Shown here: positions 1 to 12,090 of the stretch, piece by piece
Numbering within the stretch: the first letter of the stretch is position 1
Layout: every line of letters begins with the position of its first letter
NCBI RefSeq assembly: GCF_009914755.1
Contig: NC_060947.1
Source of the DNA: the human T2T-CHM13v2.0 reference genome, Homo sapiens
Length of the DNA: 64,000 nucleotides
Direction: 5' to 3' (one strand)
Notes under the pieces: model-generated
Database searches by the model: none
Told to the model about the DNA's origin: nothing
What the model saw: only the letters and a program-made list of their open reading frames with translations
Translations under genes and position numbers: made by a program

Positions 1-2285
1 CTGTCTTCAAGCTCCCTAATTCTTTCTTCTGCTTGATCAATTCTGCTATTAAATAACACGGATGAATTATTCAGTATGCCAATTGCATTTCTCCACTCCA
101 GAATTTCTGCTTGATTCTCTTTCATTATTTCGGTCTCTTTGTTGAATTTATCTGACAGAATTCTGAATTCCTTCTCTGTGCTATCTTGAATTCCTCTGAG
201 TTTTCTCAACACAGCAATTTTGTATTATTTCTCTGAAAGGGCACATATCTCTTTCCCCAGGATGGTCCCTGGTGCCTTATTTAGTTCACTTGGTGATGTC
301 ATGTTTTCCTGAATGGTGTTGATGCTAGTACATGTTCTTCACTGGGCATTGAATTATTTGGTGTTTATTGTAGTCTTCACTGTCTGGGCTTATTTTATAG
401 CCATCCTTCTTGGGAAGGATTTCCAGATATTTGAAAGGACATAGGTGTTGTGATCTAAGCTGTACCTGCTTTACAGGACACCCCAAACCCAGTAATGCTG
501 TGGTTCTTGCAAACTCATAGAGGCACCACCTTGATGGTCTTGGACAATATCTGGGAGAATTTTCTGGATTACCAGGCAGAGACTCCTATTCTTTTCTGTT
601 ACTTTCTCTCAGACAAAGGAAGTCTTTCTCTCTTTTCTGAGCCTCCTAAAATTGGTGATGAAGTGACAAAAGCATCTCTGGCTACCACCACTATGACTGC
701 CTTAGGTCAGACCTGAAGCAAATACAGCACTGGGTCTTGCCCAAGACCTGCCACAACCACTCCCTGACTACTCCTTATGTTTACTCAAGGCTTGGAGCTC
801 TACAATCATCATGTGACAAAGTCATTCAGGCCTGTGTTGTTCCTTTCAGGGTGTCAAAGTCTGTTTCTTCCCTTCAGGGCATCAAGCTCTGCCTGACCCT
901 GGGTTGGTGTAGAAGTGCCCTCTGGGCGTCAGGTACTAGGGTCAAAATCCATACAAGTCTATCTAGTGTTCTATTATATTGTGATGGAGCTGACACTCAA
1001 ACCACAAGATGCAGTCCTTTCTTCTCTTCCTTCCCCTTTCCAAATGCAAAGGAGCTTCACCCCATAGCCACTGCCACCCCTGGCAAGGAGGAGTACTTCC
1101 AGACTACTGCATATGTTCACTTAAGGCCCAAGGTCTCTTTAAATCACCTTGTTGTGAATGTTTCCTGTCTCAGGAGTCACTCTTCAGGGCTGTGGGATCC
1201 CTTCTGACCCAGGGCAGGTCTAGAAATGCCATCCAAGAGTCAAGTCCTGGAACTGGGGACCCCTAGAACCCACTTGGTGCTCTACATCTCTGTGGCTGTG
1301 CTGTTCCCTGAAGCCAGCAAGTCTCAGAGGTTTACCTAAGACCCTTAAACTAGTATTTACATATTGCTGCTTGTTATTCTGGGCCCAAGGGCTCTTCAAT
1401 TAGATGGTGATGAATGATGCCAAGACTGGGCTCTTTTCTTCAAGGCAGTGGGTTCCCTTCTGGCCCAGGTTGTATCTAGAAATGACATATGAGAGCTAGC
1501 ACATGGAATGGGGTCCTCACCACTCTGACTGGTGTCCTGTCCTGCTGTGGCTGAGCTGGTTCCCTAGATGCAGGACAAAGTTATTCCCACTCTTCCCTCT
1601 CCTCTTCTCAAGCAGAAAGAAGAGATCCCTTTTAGAGCCACAAGCTATGCAACCTTGGGTTAGGGACGGTGTGACACCAGTACTCCCTTGGCTGCCCCAG
1701 TTGTTGTATCAGTATGTTGCATGCCCCCACTTCTTTACTCCACTGTTTCTGAGCCCAGGTCAGCATTAGATCTCACCTGAGAGTTGAAGTCCTTATTGTT
1801 AGGCTGCCTTTCAAGTTTACTTGGAGACGCAGAATGCTGTAGCCCTCAGTGGCAAGGTTTGGCAAGGCACTCATGTTTGGACCACTGGGATCAACAATTC
1901 CCCTCTGGTGAGGGCTGATTTAAATGCTCCTGCCATGGGCAGGCATCAACTAAGTTTCATCCAATTTTTCTTTCTTCTCTAACAGGACAGCACTTTATTC
2001 AATGTATCACAATTGCTATCTTCTCCCTCCCCCAGTGCCCAGAAGTGCTCTCTCCACCAGGCTTCTGCAGGGGGCTTGGGGAGGTTTTTTTGTCAGCAAT
2101 TCAGAGCCATTTTTTCTATCTGTTCAGTGCCTCTATCAGTGATATGAAATTAAAACCAGGTACTATTAGTGTCCACTTGATTTTTCGTTCTTATAAAGGT
2201 TTTTTTTTCTCTGTAGATAGCTGTTAACTTGATGCCCTTGCAGAAGGGAAGTGGAGCTTTCTATTCTGCCCTCTTACTCTGCCTC
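1..2285 (-). mobile_element. Old L1 (L1PB/early L1MA type), ORF1 part plus 5'UTR, continuing left of the window
   Basis: Antisense ORF1-like text at the start (ctgtcttcaagctccctaattctttcttctgcttgatcaattctgct). Ends with gtggagctttctattctgccctcttactctgcctc, the reverse complement of an L1 5' terminus (GAGGCRGAGYAAGATGGCAGAATAGAAAGCTCCAC-like). Confidence 0.8.
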
Positions 2286-2302
2286 ATCCTATTGAATCTA
2301 AC

Positions 2303-2452
2303 ATCATACTTAATGGTGAATGACTGAAAGTGTTTTCTCTAAGATCAGGAACAGGACAAAGATACCACGTTTTACCACTTCTACTCAATGCAGTATTGGA
2401 AGTTATAACCAGAGCAATTAGGCAAGAAAAAGAAATAAAAGGCATTTAAATT
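2303..2452 (+). mobile_element. L1 ORF2 (RT region) fragment
   Basis: ctctaagatcaggaacaggacaaagatacc...ggaagttataaccagagcaattaggcaagaaaaagaaataaaaggcat matches the ORF2 segment LRSGTRQG...[17 protein letters not shown]. Confidence 0.8.
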
Positions 2453-2521
2453 CAACTCATTTTCTGAGCTGAGCTGGGCCCTTAGAATTTCATAACACTC
2501 TTGAACTGCTCTTTATTTTAA

Positions 2522-2851
<330 letters not shown>

Positions 2852-2879
2852 TCAATCATCTTTTTATTATTTGAATGTG

Positions 2880-3256
2880 TCACATGCTCCCTGCTTTGAG
2901 GTACCTGCATATATTGTTTTTACTACCTTACATGTTTTGCCCAGTCTTTGCTAAAAGGAAACCCATACTCATTCAGTCCAATTTCAGTTCAAACCTCACT
3001 TCAAGAAAAATTTTCCCTGACTGTCCACCTCTCATTTATAAATTAACTCTAGTTAGTCTAAAAGGTCACTTTTTCCTTTATAATATATCATAGTTTGCAT
3101 ATACATGTTTGTGTGATTATTTTATTTTTAACTAGAAGATAAAATTTACAAGGGAAGAAAACATGTCTGTCTTCTTTATGATTTTTTCACCAGTGCATAG
3201 CACAGGTCTCAGCACAAACTTTGGTTGTATACACAAATCAACAAATGAATAAATGT
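2880..3256 (+). mobile_element. L2 3' fragment
   Basis: catgtctgtcttc...ccagtgcatagcacaggtctcagcac...aacaaatgaataaatg is a typical L2 3' end. Confidence 0.6.
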
Positions 3257-5019
3257 AGGTCTTAGCCAACTTAGCTGGCACTCTCCCATCACCCGAGTAG
3301 ACCAGATAGCCCTCTTTTCTCCTGAATGTCCTGATCCCCATATTCTGGGGTCCTGATGCTGGGCAGTAGAGACACAGAAAAAGAATTGGTTTAGAGAGAA
3401 AAACATAATTTCCACTAGCTATTGATAAAATATAAGAAGGCTGATGCATATATACTTATCTGATAACATTGCACTTAACACCATCACTAAGGGAAAATGG
3501 AGGAAATGGCTCTCCTGGTCCATGATGCTTCCCATCCATTCCACAACATGCCCATTTCTGACATTATCCTCAAATATGTTGTTGATGCTCACCTTAATCT
3601 CATTTCATTGGTTTCTAATATATGTTTTGCTAGGCATTTGTGGTGGTGGTGGTGTTGAATATACAGTTTCTCTACACACCCCTTCACAGGGAATACCTTA
3701 AAAACATTCCTTTCTTTCTACCTACCAGAGAAGGATCAGAAGAGCTAAGATCTTATGGGTCCCATTTCATTTGAACCTTAGGCATATTAATTCAAGGAAA
3801 AATTTACTATTATTTTAAACAATGGCATCCTAGGAAATATACTTGTAATGAACTTTTACTCTGAAGTTTATTATGTTAATTAGTCTATTTTAGGTATGTT
3901 ACTCTCTGAAAAGCAACAATTTCTATATCTTTGTCATTGATTATATGGTTGTTCACCTAAAACAATATTATGGGGCTTCACCTATGTGAATAAGTTGCAT
4001 TGATTGCCAAGTTCCAAGCTACTGTACTATCTGTTACTTGAGTCAGGCAACCTGTAATTTGGTGCAGCATTATTTCCACCATAAAATTAGAGAATACTGG
4101 AGCTGGAAGGGACTGTAAAAGGTCACTAATACAATTGCCTTATTTTACAGTGGAAGATAATGAAGCCAAAATGATACACTTATTCTGGGCCAAGTAATAA
4201 TAGGATCTCGCCACCGCAGAAGTTTATCTCCCATAGCTATCATATTCATTACTTTAAAAATGCTCATCTTTCCTTTATTACCCCTCAAATGCCTACTTAA
4301 TTCCTTCAACTCTATCTTTTCTCCTTCACCCTTACTATCCCTGATTATCTCCCACTGTCTCCTACCTATGATCCATTTCAGCAACTCAATGGTAGCATTG
4401 TCATTACCCTTCCCCAAAGCTACACATACAGGCTCAGTAGCAATGGGTTACTAATAAAATGAATCCCTTCAAGGACCAGGCCAAAGCTCCTAAACTAGCT
4501 CTGTAGGAGTCCTGTGGCCAGCTCCAACCCTCCATAACATCTGACCATTTTGATCTCTACACAAGCACAAAATTTCAGTAGCCTTTTTAATACAAAATTT
4601 AGATAATCTTTTTATAGATATTGTAATTAACAACTCCTAAACTATAAATGGCCTTGTTCCAAATTTGCTTAAAAACAGTTCTGTGAACACATGTAGAAAG
4701 GGACCCATTGCTGTCAGAAAATATCTTTGCTGAGATAGAAAGCCTAAAGTGACTTGATCTTGAGATAGATTATGAGGCAGTTTGGGTGATATAGAAAATA
4801 CTAGATAGGTTATTCAGGATGACATTGGCTTAAACAATCCTCTTTAAGAATCATCTCTACTTTCTCTGAAACCCAAGACACACTTGCTTAGACAATGAAT
4901 TCATAACTGTCTTTGTGACCACATGCTAGTGTTAGAATTTTGACACTACCATAGAGATTAACTTACCTCTTAACCTTATATTCCATTGCCAAAGAAAAGC
5001 AGTACCTTATGCTCATGAT

Positions 5020-5120
5020 CCATCCATTTATCTATCTAGGTCATGAACATTCACTGACTGCCCAATATGTTATATGCCAGATACTATGTGGTGTTCCAGG
5101 GACACAACAGTCATTAAGTT
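5020..5120 (-). mobile_element. L2 3' end fragment
   Basis: catccatttatc...aacattcactgactgcc...tatgccagatactatgtg...gggacacaacagt. Confidence 0.5.
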
Positions 5121-5808
5121 TCCTGGACTTACTCTACTATTGAACACAATTTCTTATTTTAATTTTCCCAAGTTTATTGAGGTATAATTGACAAAGAAAA
5201 TTATATATATTTAAGGCATACACTGTGATAGTTTAATATATGTATACATTATGAAGTAATTATTTGAATAAAACTAATAAAAATATCCATCACTTCACAT
5301 GGTAACCTATTTTGTGTGATGAGGATACTTAAGATCTGCTGTCTTACCAAATTTCAAGCATGCAATACATTGTTATTAACTATAGTCACGATGTTGTACA
5401 TTAGGTCTTTGGAATTTATTCACCTTGTAACTGAATGTTTGTAGCCTTTGACCAGTACCTCCCCATTTAACCATGCCCTGAAACTGGTAACCACCCTTTT
5501 ACTCTGTTTCTATAAGACTTTCTTATGCTAACCATTCAAACAGGTGTGACATTATAGCTTATTGTGGTCTTTACTTGCATTTCCCGGTTTATTAGAGATT
5601 TTGACCATTTTTTTAATATACCTGCTGATCAATGATATGTCTTATTTGGAAAAACATTGATTCAGATCATTTGTTCATTCTTAAATTTGTGTTATTTGTT
5701 TGATTGCTATTGAGTTGTTTGAGTTTCTTATATATTTTGAATATTAACCTCTTATCAGATGTAAGGTTTTAAAATATTTTCATTTCATAGGTTTTCTCTT
5801 CACTTGAT

Positions 5809-5811
<3 letters not shown>

Positions 5812-5872
<61 letters not shown>
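5812..5872. repeat. Poly(T)61 homopolymer inside L1 ORF2
   Basis: Uninterrupted T run, counted directly. Confidence 0.97.
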
Positions 5873-5877
<5 letters not shown>

Positions 5878-8800
5878 GTAGAAGCTTTTTAGTTTGCTAT
5901 GATCCCATGTGTCATTTCTGCATTTGTTGCCTGTGCTTTTGAGGTCATATCCAAAAAATCATTACAAAGACCAATGTAATAGAGCTTCCCCCTAAATTTT
6001 GTTTCAGCAGTTTTACATGTTCAGGACTTACATTTGAGTCTTCCATCCATATTCAATTTATTTTTGTACATGGGATGAGATAAGGGTCTAATTTCATTCT
6101 TCTGTGTGTGGATATCCAATTTCCCCACCAATATTTATTGAAGAGGCAGTCCTTTCTTCATTTAGTGTCCTTGACAACTGTAGAAAATCAATTGGCTGTA
6201 AATATCTGGGTTTATTTCTGGGGTCTTCATTCTATTCCATTTATGTATGTGTCTATTTTAACGCCAGCACCAGGCTGTTTTCATTATTATAGCCATTCAG
6301 TACTTTTTTAAGTCAGGTAACTTGGTGCCTCCAGCTTTGTTATTTTTGCTCAAGACAGTTTTGGTTAGTTTGAGTCTTTTGTGCTTCCATACAAGTTTTA
6401 GGATTCTTTCTACTTCAATAAAAAATGTTGTTAAAATATTATAAAAATTGCACTGAATCTCTAGATCGTTTTCGGTAGTATGGCCATTTTAACAATGTTA
6501 ATTTTTTCAATCCATAAACATTGGCTATCTTTTTATTTACTTATATTTTCTACAATTTCTTTTGTCAATGTATTATACTTTTCAGTGTATAGATCTTTGA
6601 CCCCCTTGGTAAAATTTATTCTTAAGCATTTTATTATTTGTAATGCTATTTTAAATGATATTTTTTAGTTTTATTTTAGCTTGTTGGTTGTTAATGTACA
6701 GAAATGCAACTGATTTCTGTTTGTTGATTTAGTATCCTTCAACTTTATTGAATTCATTTATCAATTCTAACTGTTTTGTGGGCTTGTTTGTGAAATTTTT
6801 AAAGTTATCTGTATTATAAGGTCATATCATCTGCAGAGGCAATTTTACATTTTCTCTTCTGATTTGGATTCCTTCATTTCTTTTTTTTTTACTCAATTGA
6901 CTTTTTCTATGACTATCAATATTGTGTTGGGAAGTGGTGAGAGTGGACATCCCTGTGTTGTTCTTCATCTTAGTGGAAAAGCTTTCAACTCCTCATCTTT
7001 GAGTACGATGCTATCTGTGGACTTGTCATATATGACCTTTACGATGTTGAGGTGCATTCCTTGTATTCCCAATGTCTTGAGATATTTTATCATGAAAAAA
7101 TGTTGAGTTCTGCTAAATAGCTTTACTGCACTTATTGTGATTATTGTATTCTTTTATCTTTCATGTTGTTAATGGTGTATATCACATTTATTGATTTGTG
7201 TAGATTGAGCCATTCTTATATCCTAAGGATAAATCCCATTTGATCATGCTGTTTTTTCCTTTCAATGTGCTGTTTAATTTGGATTGCTGAAATTTTGTTG
7301 AGGATTTTCTTTGCATCTATATTCATCAGAGATATTGGCCTGTAATTTTCTCTTCTTTAGTGTTTTTGTCTGGCAAAGAGAAGGTATCAAGGCAATGCTG
7401 GCCTCATAAAATGAGTTTATAAGTGTTCCCTTCTTTTAAATTTTTTTGGAAGAGTTTTAGATTGATTAGTGTTAATCTACTCAACAAAAAATCCACTTGG
7501 TTCTAGATGTTTCTTGGTTTGGAGGGTTTTTTTTGTTGTTGTTTTTTTTTTACATTTTAAATCTCCTTACCTGTTATTGGTTTGTTCATATTTTCTATTT
7601 CTTCAAGATTCAGTCTTGGTAAGCTGTATTTTACTAAAAATGTATCAATTTTTTTCTAGGTTATCCAATTTGTTGGCATGTGATTGTTCATAGTAGTCTC
7701 TTATAATCCTTTGCATTTCTGTAGCATCAGTTGTAATGTCTCCTCTAGAATTTACAACTTTACTTATTTGAATCTTCTCTCTTTCTTCTTGGTTAGTCTA
7801 GCTAATTGTCAATTTTATTTAACTTTTCAAAAAACTAGCACTTAATTTGTTGATCTTTTATATTGTTTTTATTTTGTATATATCATCTATTTCTGCTCTA
7901 ATATTTATTATTTCCTTCTTTATAACTTTGAGATTTGTTCTTTCTCCCAGTGTCTTCAGGTTAGGCTGTTTATTTGAGATTATTATTTTATCTTTATGTA
8001 GGCATTTATTGCTATAAAATTCCCTCTTAGAACTGATTTTGCTGCATTACATAAATTTTGGTATGTTTACTTTCCATTTTTATTAGTTCTGAGATATGTT
8101 AAAATACATGTTTTGATTTCTTCCTTGAAACATTGGTTGTTTAGGAGCATGTTGCTTAATCTTCACATATTTGTACATTTTTCTGTTTTCCTTTTAATTG
8201 ATTTTTAATTTCATACCATTGTGGTCAGAAAAGATGCTAAATACAATTTCAATGTTCTTGCTGAATGTGTTAAGACTTGATATGTGGCCTAACATACTAT
8301 TTATTCAGGAAAATGTTCAGTTTGTGCTTGAGAAGAATGTGCATTTATTTGCTTTCAGATAGAATGTTTTGTATATATCTGCTAGGTCCATTTGATCGAA
8401 AGTGTAGTGCCAGTCCAAGATTTTTTACTGATTTTCTGTGTAGATGATCTATGCACTGAGGAAAGAGGAATATTTAAATTCCCCCTTATTATTGTATTGC
8501 TCTCTATTTCCTTCTTCAGATCTGTTAATATTTGCTTTGTATATTGAGAAGTTCCAATGTTGCATCCCTATATATTCACAATAGCTATATCCTCTTGATA
8601 AATGGAATATTTTATCATTACATAATGATCTTTTGTTCTTGCTAAGTTTTTGACTTAATGTTTATTTTGTCTGCATGGAGTATCTCTTTCCATTCTTTCA
8701 CTTTCAGTCTATGTGATCTTAAAGATAAAGTGAGCCTCTTATAGGCAGGATATAGTTGGGTCTTTTTATTTATTCATTTAGCCATTCTATGTCTTTTATT

Positions 8801-8933
8801 AGAGAATTTAATCTATTTATGTTAAAAAATTATTGATAGGTAAGGAATTACTATTGCCATTTTGTTGTTTCCTGGTTGTTTTGTCAAACTTTTATTCATT
8901 TATTTCTCTCTTACTGTTTTTGTTATTTGTGAT

Positions 8934-9125
8934 CTTCACTATTTGTATAAAAACAGATTTTTAACAGCTTATCATCTAGAGAGTTACTGAGCATTATCAC
9001 CATGAGAATGTAAATGGAACTGCTAGTTAAAATGACTGGTTACTTCAGTTTGAAGAGGAAAACAGCTGCAATAAAGCTTCTTAAATGTAAAAAAACAAAA
9101 AAACAAACAAACAAAAAAAAAAAAA
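8934..9125 (+). pseudogene. Short 5'-truncated retroposed transcript end (non-repeat sequence + AATAAA + A tail), source unknown
   Basis: About 155 bp of non-L1 sequence, AATAAA at 9070-9075, A-rich tail at 9089-9125; interrupts the L1MA. Confidence 0.6.
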
Positions 9126-9137
9126 GAAGCAGCAGCA

Positions 9138-9285
9138 GCCAGGTGTGGCAGCTCATGCCTATAATCCCAACATTTTGGGAGGCTGAGGCAGGAGAATTAC
9201 TTGAGACCAGGAGTTAAGAGTTAGACTGGGCAACATAGAATCTCATCTTTAAAAATAAGAAAAATAAAATTATAAAATTAAATAA
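9138..9285 (+). mobile_element. Alu monomer (FLAM/FRAM-like)
   Basis: gccaggtgtggcagctcatgcctataatcccaac...gagaccaggagtt...ctgggcaacatag plus an A-rich tail; single arm only. Confidence 0.85.
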
Positions 9286-9532
9286 TTGATTTTTTTAGTT
9301 GCTTTAATTCTTTTCTTTTTACTTTTCATGCTTTGTTTAGCAATTATAGATTTTTGCTTTGGGGTCACCAGAAGACTTATATAAAACATCTTAGAGTGAC
9401 AATAGTCTATTTTAAGCTAATAACAACTTTGAATGCATACATACACTCTACACTTTTACTCCTGCATCACTAATTTTACATTTTCAATGTTATAATATAT
9501 ATCTTTTTATATCATGTATCCATTAACAAATT

Positions 9533-10836
9533 TTTTAATGCAAAACATTATAACAGGTTGTCAAATATACAGTTAATAGAATTATGTAACTATCACCTGT
9601 AAAAATTGGTATATCACATTAGATGATTCTATAAAATAAAAACACAAATCACACATTGACAATAACCCCTGCAATCCAAGTATACCCCCGCAATAGTGCA
9701 AATTACAAACACATTTAAAAAAAACCCTAAAGTCATTTATGTATCTAAACCAAAGTAACTGTGATTAAATACATTCATTCATCAAGTACAATAAATTTAG
9801 CATTGCTGCTTATAGTAACTAATAACACAATTTTAGGTGCAATTTCACATGCTTTAATAAATCTTCCAGTACAGTTCCCATAGTAAAGTGTCTGTGTATG
9901 CCATTTTCATTTATATGTAGGTGCATCATACATCATACTTAAAACTATTTCACTTCACAAACTGGTAATATATATTTTAAGTGGACAGCAGGTAAAAAAT
10001 TTAAACCTCAATGATGACAAAATTTAAAATTAAAGTCTTGAAAGCCAATAGTGATTTGTTTACTTGCATAAATACTATTTTCACTTACTACAGGCTATTA
10101 AAATAAGTAATGAGAATTTAAATATTAACTCAAAAAAAGATAGAGGCTCAAAACCTTCCTAAGAAATTAATGTGTTTTCAAAGTAATAATATAATCAGAC
10201 TGTAAGTCAAAAGTAATTTCATATTCATTGCTAAATTTAAAATATCAGTGATGTGAAGTGAAGATTAAGGCCTAAAATTGTTGTACTAAATTGTAAAATA
10301 CAGTAAAGAAGATGCAGCTCATTTGCTTGGGAATATGTAATGGAATGTTTTTCACAGTAATGTTATATTAAACACTACTTTAAATGGACAGTCTAAATAA
10401 ACATACCTTTGCCAGCAAGGAAAGTGAAAAATTAAGGCTTTTTATGCTATCTGTAACTACTACCCAAACTTAAATTAAATAGGGGTTACAATACTGCAAA
10501 ATATTACTTCTAACTTCTTTAACATATTGTTAGTTGCTTCATTTCAACTCCATACTTATTAACTTATCTTATTTAGATGCATATTTTCCCATATCTCTAT
10601 TTTAATTAAGTCCCCAGTCCCACCCCATCTAAACAGAGTGCTGAAAATGGTTAGGGCCTTATCTGTTTGGTTCACAGTTGTAATACTGGGGGCTAAAAAT
10701 GCTTAACACATGGCATAAATCTAATAAATATTTTTGAATGAACTAAGAAGCCTGGCCTCCAAAGGCAACCCTACTTGTTTTTCCAAAGCATTAACAGATA
10801 ATTGTCACCTCTTTAGACATCCAGATTGACAATTAT
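9533..10836 (-). pseudogene. ~1.3-kb processed 3'UTR-only retrocopy (or transduced segment) inserted in the L1MA
   Basis: Host L1 text (tatccattaacaaatt | acaaattattataactataattatt) is split, with a duplicated acaaatt. The insert is AU-rich non-repeat sequence ending ...gttttgcATTAAAaaa on the minus strand. From memory it resembles the distal PPP1R2 3'UTR; unverified. Confidence 0.65.
10630..10742 (+). mobile_element. L2 3' end carried within the retrocopy
   Basis: agggccttatctgtttggttcacagttgta...cttaacacatggcataaatctaataaatatttttgaatgaa. Confidence 0.65.
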
Positions 10837-11790
10837 ACAAATTATTATAACTATAATTATTTGCAATTCTTTTGTCTTTTAACCTTTATGGTAGAGTTAT
10901 AAGAAATTTTCATACCACTATTACAAATACTCTCAATTTGACTATATACTTACCTTTACTAGTGAATTTTACACTTTTGCATGTTTTTATGTTACTAATT
11001 ATTGTCCTTTTGTTTCAGTTTGTAGAACTCCATTTAGTATACCTTGTAAGGCAAGTTTAGTGGCAATGAATGCTCTGAGGTTTTCTTTGTCTGGAAAAGT
11101 CTTTATTTCTGCATAACTTCTAAAGGACAGAGGATATTTTTTTTTTTGGCGGCGGAGAGGGGGAGATAAAGTACTATTTCTTGGCAGCTCTTTTCCTGTG
11201 GCATTTTGAATATATCATCCACTCTCCTGTTCTGCAATGTTTTGCTGGAGAATCTGCAAGTAGTCTTATTGACATTCCCTTATATGTAATGTGCTTCCTT
11301 TCTCTTCCTGCTTTCAAAAGTCTTTATTTTTTTAATTTTTTATATAGTTTCATTACAGTATGTCTTGGTGAAGGCTCCTTTGAGTTGAATATGATTGGCA
11401 ACCTTTGAGCTTCATGCATCTGGGTTTCCATATAACTCCTCAGATTTGGAAAGTTATCAGCCATCATTTCTTTAAATAAGCTTTCTGCCGCTTTGTCTCT
11501 CTCTTCCCCTCTGAGATTCTCATAATAGAAAAGTCAGCTTTTTTAATGGTGACACATAAATCCCATAGGTTTTCTTCATTCTTTTTCATTTTTTTCATCT
11601 TGTTTCCTCTGATGGATGTTTTCAAATGTCCTATGTTAAATTATACAGATTCTTTCTTCTGCTTCATCAAGTTCTTTTGATACTCTCTATAGCTTTTTTT
11701 TTTATTTCATTCATCATATTCCTCTGCTTCAAATTTTTTTGTTTTTTTAATGATTTACAGCTTTTTATTAAACTTTTTATTTTGTTCATT

Positions 11791-12090
11791 TTGCCAATCA
11801 CTTCAATATTCTGGGTAGAGTGAGAAAGAAGTTGGCCTCCTGGGCAGTACCCTGCACAATTCCAAGTGCCAAGAGCTCACTCACAATGTTTTCACTTTTC
11901 CCAATGGGAGATACCATGGACCAATGAGTCTTGCTTGGCAGAGAGCCCTACCACCTCAGAAGGGAGGTATGATGTGGATAATGTGAAACTGTTCTTTTTA
12001 GCCTCTTTAGTGCATCTATTTTTAGACTTTTTTCTTCTGTTATAAAACTTTGCTAGAACCTCTCTGCCTCACTTTCAGACTCCTACAAAA
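11791..12090 (-). repeat. Duplicated copy of L1 5'UTR segment 12827-13123 inserted into ORF1
   Basis: Both copies start caatattctgggtagagtgagaaagaagttggcctcctggg and stay collinear to ctttgctagaac...ttcagactc. Confidence 0.85.

Noticed and set aside
737-1207. 156-aa ORF and neighbouring ORFs
   Set aside because: They lie antisense within an L1 5'UTR; no recognisable domain.
787-1530. Three diverged repeats (ggcccaagggctcttca...cccttctggcccagg...tagaaatgcc)
   Set aside because: Internal repeats typical of old L1 5'UTRs, not a locus-specific array.
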